In this document: positions 60,847-64,000 of the stretch, piece by piece
How positions within the stretch are numbered: the stretch's first letter is position 1
How the letters are laid out: the number at the start of each line of letters is the position of its first letter
Source: Candidatus Krumholzibacteriales bacterium
GTDB taxonomy: Bacteria > Krumholzibacteriota > Krumholzibacteriia > Krumholzibacteriales > WJIX01
Direction of reading: 5' to 3'
Assembly (NCBI GenBank): GCA_046483305.1
Contig: JAWODM010000068.1
Span: 1 to 64,000, forward strand
Length of the DNA: 64,000 bases
The notes under the pieces: model-generated
What the model was told of the DNA's origin: nothing
Database searches by the model: none
What the model saw: only the letters and a program-made list of their open reading frames with translations
Position numbers and translations under genes: made by a program

Positions 60847-61001
60847 TTCCCTTAATATTGTAACATAAAACAATTATCGCTATGATATTTTTTTGCGCGG
60901 GCAGGTTTTCGCCTCTCGCCCGGCATTCATTCCGCGGGCAGCGCTCCGCTTTAATGGAATTGCGGCAGGCGCCCGCCGGCGGTATCAGGGCAGCGCAGTC
61001 T

Positions 61002-62171
61002 CTATGCCCTTGCCTTCTTCTTCCTGGATATGCGGTTCTGCCACTCTATCACCACCGGGCTCGCCACGAAGATGGAGGAGTAGGTTCCAACCACCACTCC
61101 TATCAGAAGAGCGAACGCAAAGTCATGTATCACTTCTCCCCCTGCGAAGAACAGGAACAGAACCACAACCAGGGTGGTCAGTGAAGTGATGACAGTCCTG
61201 CTCAGCGATTCGTTAATCGATGTATTGACCATCTTCTCAAGGGACCTGCGCCGCCGCATACTGAAGTTTTCGCGGATACGGTCGAACACCACGATGGTGT
61301 CGTTGAGCGAATATCCCACGATGGTCAGGAATGCGGCTATTACCACCAGTGAGAGTTCCTTTCCGGTTATCGAAAAAATACCCAGGGTAATCAGTATGTC
61401 ATGGATAAGAGCTACTATCGCTCCCACCGCGAACTTGAACTCGAACCGCCAGCTGATGTAAACCAGGATACCGAAAAGCGATATTATAATAGCCGCCCAG
61501 GCCCGGTCTTTCATCTCCTCGCCGATTTTGGGCCCCACCGTTTCGGTACGGCGGATTTCGATCTTCCTGCCGGGGAATGCCTTTTCGATCTCGGCCTTCA
61601 TTTTCTCGGAAGCCTCCGACTCTATACCCATGAACGGCAGATTAAAGGCCACCCGGTTCTCCGTTTCCCTGGTGGCGGCGTTTACTCCGATCCCCTGATC
61701 CTTGACCGCGTTGACCAGGACCTCGGTATCGGGTATATTCCCGCCGGAGAGAACTACCAGGTTCCCGGCCTGCCCTTCGGGGGACAGGCCTTCGGTGCTC
61801 TCCCTTACCGATACCACTTCCCAGCCCGCTTCGGGGGCCACTGCGTTCACCGCCTCCAGCAGCCTGTCGGCGGCGATACCGGCTTCATCTATCCTCTCTA
61901 CCTTGATAAGGTATTCATTCGGTTCTCCGAACTCCTGTATCTGGCTGTTCCGGAATCCCGCATTCTCCACCACGCCCCTCAGGTCATTTATGGAGACCGG
62001 ACTATCAAACCTGATCTGGACCAGGGTTCCCCCCTCGAAGTCGATACTCAGGTCGGGGCCTCCATGTATGGCCAGCGAAATCAGCCCCGCCAGTATAACC
62101 GCGACAGAGATTATGAACGCCTTGTACCTGAAATCGACGAATTTAATGTTTGTTTCACCTATGAATTTCAT
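61002..62171 (-). CDS. secF: Protein translocase subunit SecF with enlarged periplasmic domain
   Basis: IDFEGGT, VGPKIG, YISWRF, HD, GYSLNDTIVVFDRIRE, GTYSSIFVA. Confidence 0.95.
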   Translation of the reverse strand: MKFIGETNIKFVDFRYKAFIISVAVILAGLISLAIHGGPDLSIDFEGGTLVQIRFDSPVSINDLRGVVENAGFRNSQIQEFGEPNEYLIKVERIDEAGIAADRLLEAVNAVAPEAGWEVVSVRESTEGLSPEGQAGNLVVLSGGNIPDTEVLVNAVKDQGIGVNAATRETENRVAFNLPFMGIESEASEKMKAEIEKAFPGRKIEIRRTETVGPKIGEEMKDRAWAAIIISLFGILVYISWRFEFKFAVGAIVALIHDILITLGIFSITGKELSLVVIAAFLTIVGYSLNDTIVVFDRIRENFSMRRRRSLEKMVNTSINESLSRTVITSLTTLVVVLFLFFAGGEVIHDFAFALLIGVVVGTYSSIFVASPVVIEWQNRISRKKKARA

Positions 62172-62187
62172 TCTTTCACCTCAATAA

Positions 62188-63912
62188 TTATATACTAAGT
62201 TTCTTGACTCGGCCGCTTCTGGTCCAGATGTTGAAAACCAGTTTACTGAAAACCAGCGCGGTAAACAGACAGCCCAGGATACCGATACTCAGCGTGGTGG
62301 CGAAACCTTTCACCGGACCGGTCCCGAACTGCCACAGTACCACCGCGGTTATTATGGTGGTCAGGTTGGCGTCCAGAATGGTGGTAAAAGCCTTTTCATA
62401 ACCAGCGTCTACCGATGACCTTACAGTTTTATTCTTGAGAAGTTCTTCACGGATTCTTTCGAATATGAGCACATTCGCGTCTATCGCCATTCCGATGGTC
62501 AGAATGATTCCGGCAAGGCCCGGCAGGGTAAGAGCCGCTCCCAGATAGGCCAGCAGGCCGAACACTATCAGCAGGTTGAACAGCAGGGTTATGCTGGCTA
62601 CCACACCTGAGAGTTTATAATATACAATCATGAAAAGTACTACCAGGGCCAGGCCGAGCAGAGCGGCCCTGATACCCATCCTGATGGAGTCGCGTCCCAG
62701 GGAGGGGCCTACCGACCTTTCCTCTATGATCTTCATGTCGGCAGGAAGGGCGCCGGCTCTGAGCACAATGGAAAGGTCTCTTGCCTCCACATCGGTAAAA
62801 CTGCCCTCTATTACACCCTGGCCGCTGGGGATCTTACTCTTTATTACGGGGTAGGATTTAATCTTTCCGTCCAGCACTATAGCCGTAAACCTGCCCACAT
62901 TCTTGCCGGTAAATGAGGCCAGCTGCCTGGCTCCCTTCCGGTTGAAGCTGAATCCGATAATCAGGTTGCGGGGGTTCTGCGGGTCCGATCTGGGGGTGGC
63001 GTTATTGAGGTTGCTTCCGGATACCATCTCATCCCTTGCCAGCAGGAACAGGAACTTTCCGCGCCCCGCATTGTTGGGAAGCTGGGTCCATTCCTCGTAC
63101 CAGACGAATTCGCTGTCACCGGGAATAACTTTCCTGACCTCGGGCCTGGCCAGAGCCCTCCGCACCCTGGGGACAAAGTTCTCGTGAACCACTACCCAGT
63201 CCCGGTAGACCGAAAACAGCATCGAAGAGAAAGGATTCTCCTCGCTGGCGGCCTCCAGAGGAATCTCTCCGAGCTCCTCTTCGGTATCCGCCATAAAGAC
63301 AGAATCGGGATCGGTGGCGGCCGAATCAACCGCCATCAGATCGGTATCCTCGAGAACTTCTTCCTCCGGTTCTTCAACAGCCGCCGTGTCAACAGCCGCC
63401 GGCGCGGCGAGCGAGTCGCCGCCCTCTTTCCTGAGGACCTCGTCTACTCTTCTGATCACCGCGGCCAGTTCCTTCTGGTCCCGCACCAGGCGCCATTCCA
63501 GCATGGCGGTTTTTCCTATCAGCCTCTTAGCCCTTTCGGCATCCTGAAGGCCGGGAAGCTGAACGATTATACGGTTCCTGCCTTCCTTCTGAATGGTAGG
63601 TTCCGCTACTCCGAACTGGTCCACCCGGTTGCGGATTACTTCCAGCGCCCTGTCCACCACGTCCTGCTTCTCCTCTTCCGGAAGTTTGGATTGGTCGACT
63701 TCCAGCACAAGGTGCATCCCGCCCCTCAGATCCAGGCCGAGCTTCAGGGATTTCTGGAGAAGCTTGTCGTACTCCTCGGGAGTCTCGATCTTCATGGCCT
63801 CTCTCTGCTCGTCTGACATGGTGACCACTCTGAAGGTCGGGTAGAGAAAGTAAAGCGCTCCGATAAATATCAACACCACAATGATTATCTTAATCCTTAA
63901 ATCTTTTTTCAC
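62188..63912 (-). CDS. secD: Protein translocase subunit SecD
   Basis: LGLDLRGG, RVDQFGVAEP, LRAGALP, VGPSLG, DANVLIFERIREE. Confidence 0.97.
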   Translation of the reverse strand: MKKDLRIKIIIVVLIFIGALYFLYPTFRVVTMSDEQREAMKIETPEEYDKLLQKSLKLGLDLRGGMHLVLEVDQSKLPEEEKQDVVDRALEVIRNRVDQFGVAEPTIQKEGRNRIIVQLPGLQDAERAKRLIGKTAMLEWRLVRDQKELAAVIRRVDEVLRKEGGDSLAAPAAVDTAAVEEPEEEVLEDTDLMAVDSAATDPDSVFMADTEEELGEIPLEAASEENPFSSMLFSVYRDWVVVHENFVPRVRRALARPEVRKVIPGDSEFVWYEEWTQLPNNAGRGKFLFLLARDEMVSGSNLNNATPRSDPQNPRNLIIGFSFNRKGARQLASFTGKNVGRFTAIVLDGKIKSYPVIKSKIPSGQGVIEGSFTDVEARDLSIVLRAGALPADMKIIEERSVGPSLGRDSIRMGIRAALLGLALVVLFMIVYYKLSGVVASITLLFNLLIVFGLLAYLGAALTLPGLAGIILTIGMAIDANVLIFERIREELLKNKTVRSSVDAGYEKAFTTILDANLTTIITAVVLWQFGTGPVKGFATTLSIGILGCLFTALVFSKLVFNIWTRSGRVKKLSI

Positions 63913-64000
63913 TTTTTACACACCTTGAATTAAAAAAACTATTTACCAAATATAAATAAAGGGATAACTCCCCCTTTAAGACTGAACTATTAATCTATAA

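Overview
GC-rich bacterial chromosomal segment, mostly minus-strand housekeeping operons: secD-secF; yicC-gmk-rpoZ-coaBC-udg-dnaB-mlaEFD-ispDF-gltX-ddl-M42-cysS; rho-rpmE; prfA-prmC-murA-selB-ispG; priA; tsaD. Gene content suggests a diderm, selenocysteine-using organism, possibly FCB-related (inference only). I found no rRNA, tRNA, CRISPR array, transposase or integrase. Five features stand out. (1) A five-gene cluster at 34439-42723 behind a consensus sigma54 promoter: REC-GGDEF(GGDDF), a His-less pseudokinase, two paralogous membrane histidine kinase-GAF-HD-GYP fusions and a stand-alone receiver. (2) A compact two-hairpin kissing-loop RNA filling the 5' leader of a 1619-aa sensor kinase. 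(3) A multi-hairpin leader on a CHRD/DUF4397 gene. (4) gmk apparently starting at AUU next to a decayed remA remnant. (5) Several perfect palindromes flanking priA. All calls come from reading motifs by eye; no database searches were run.
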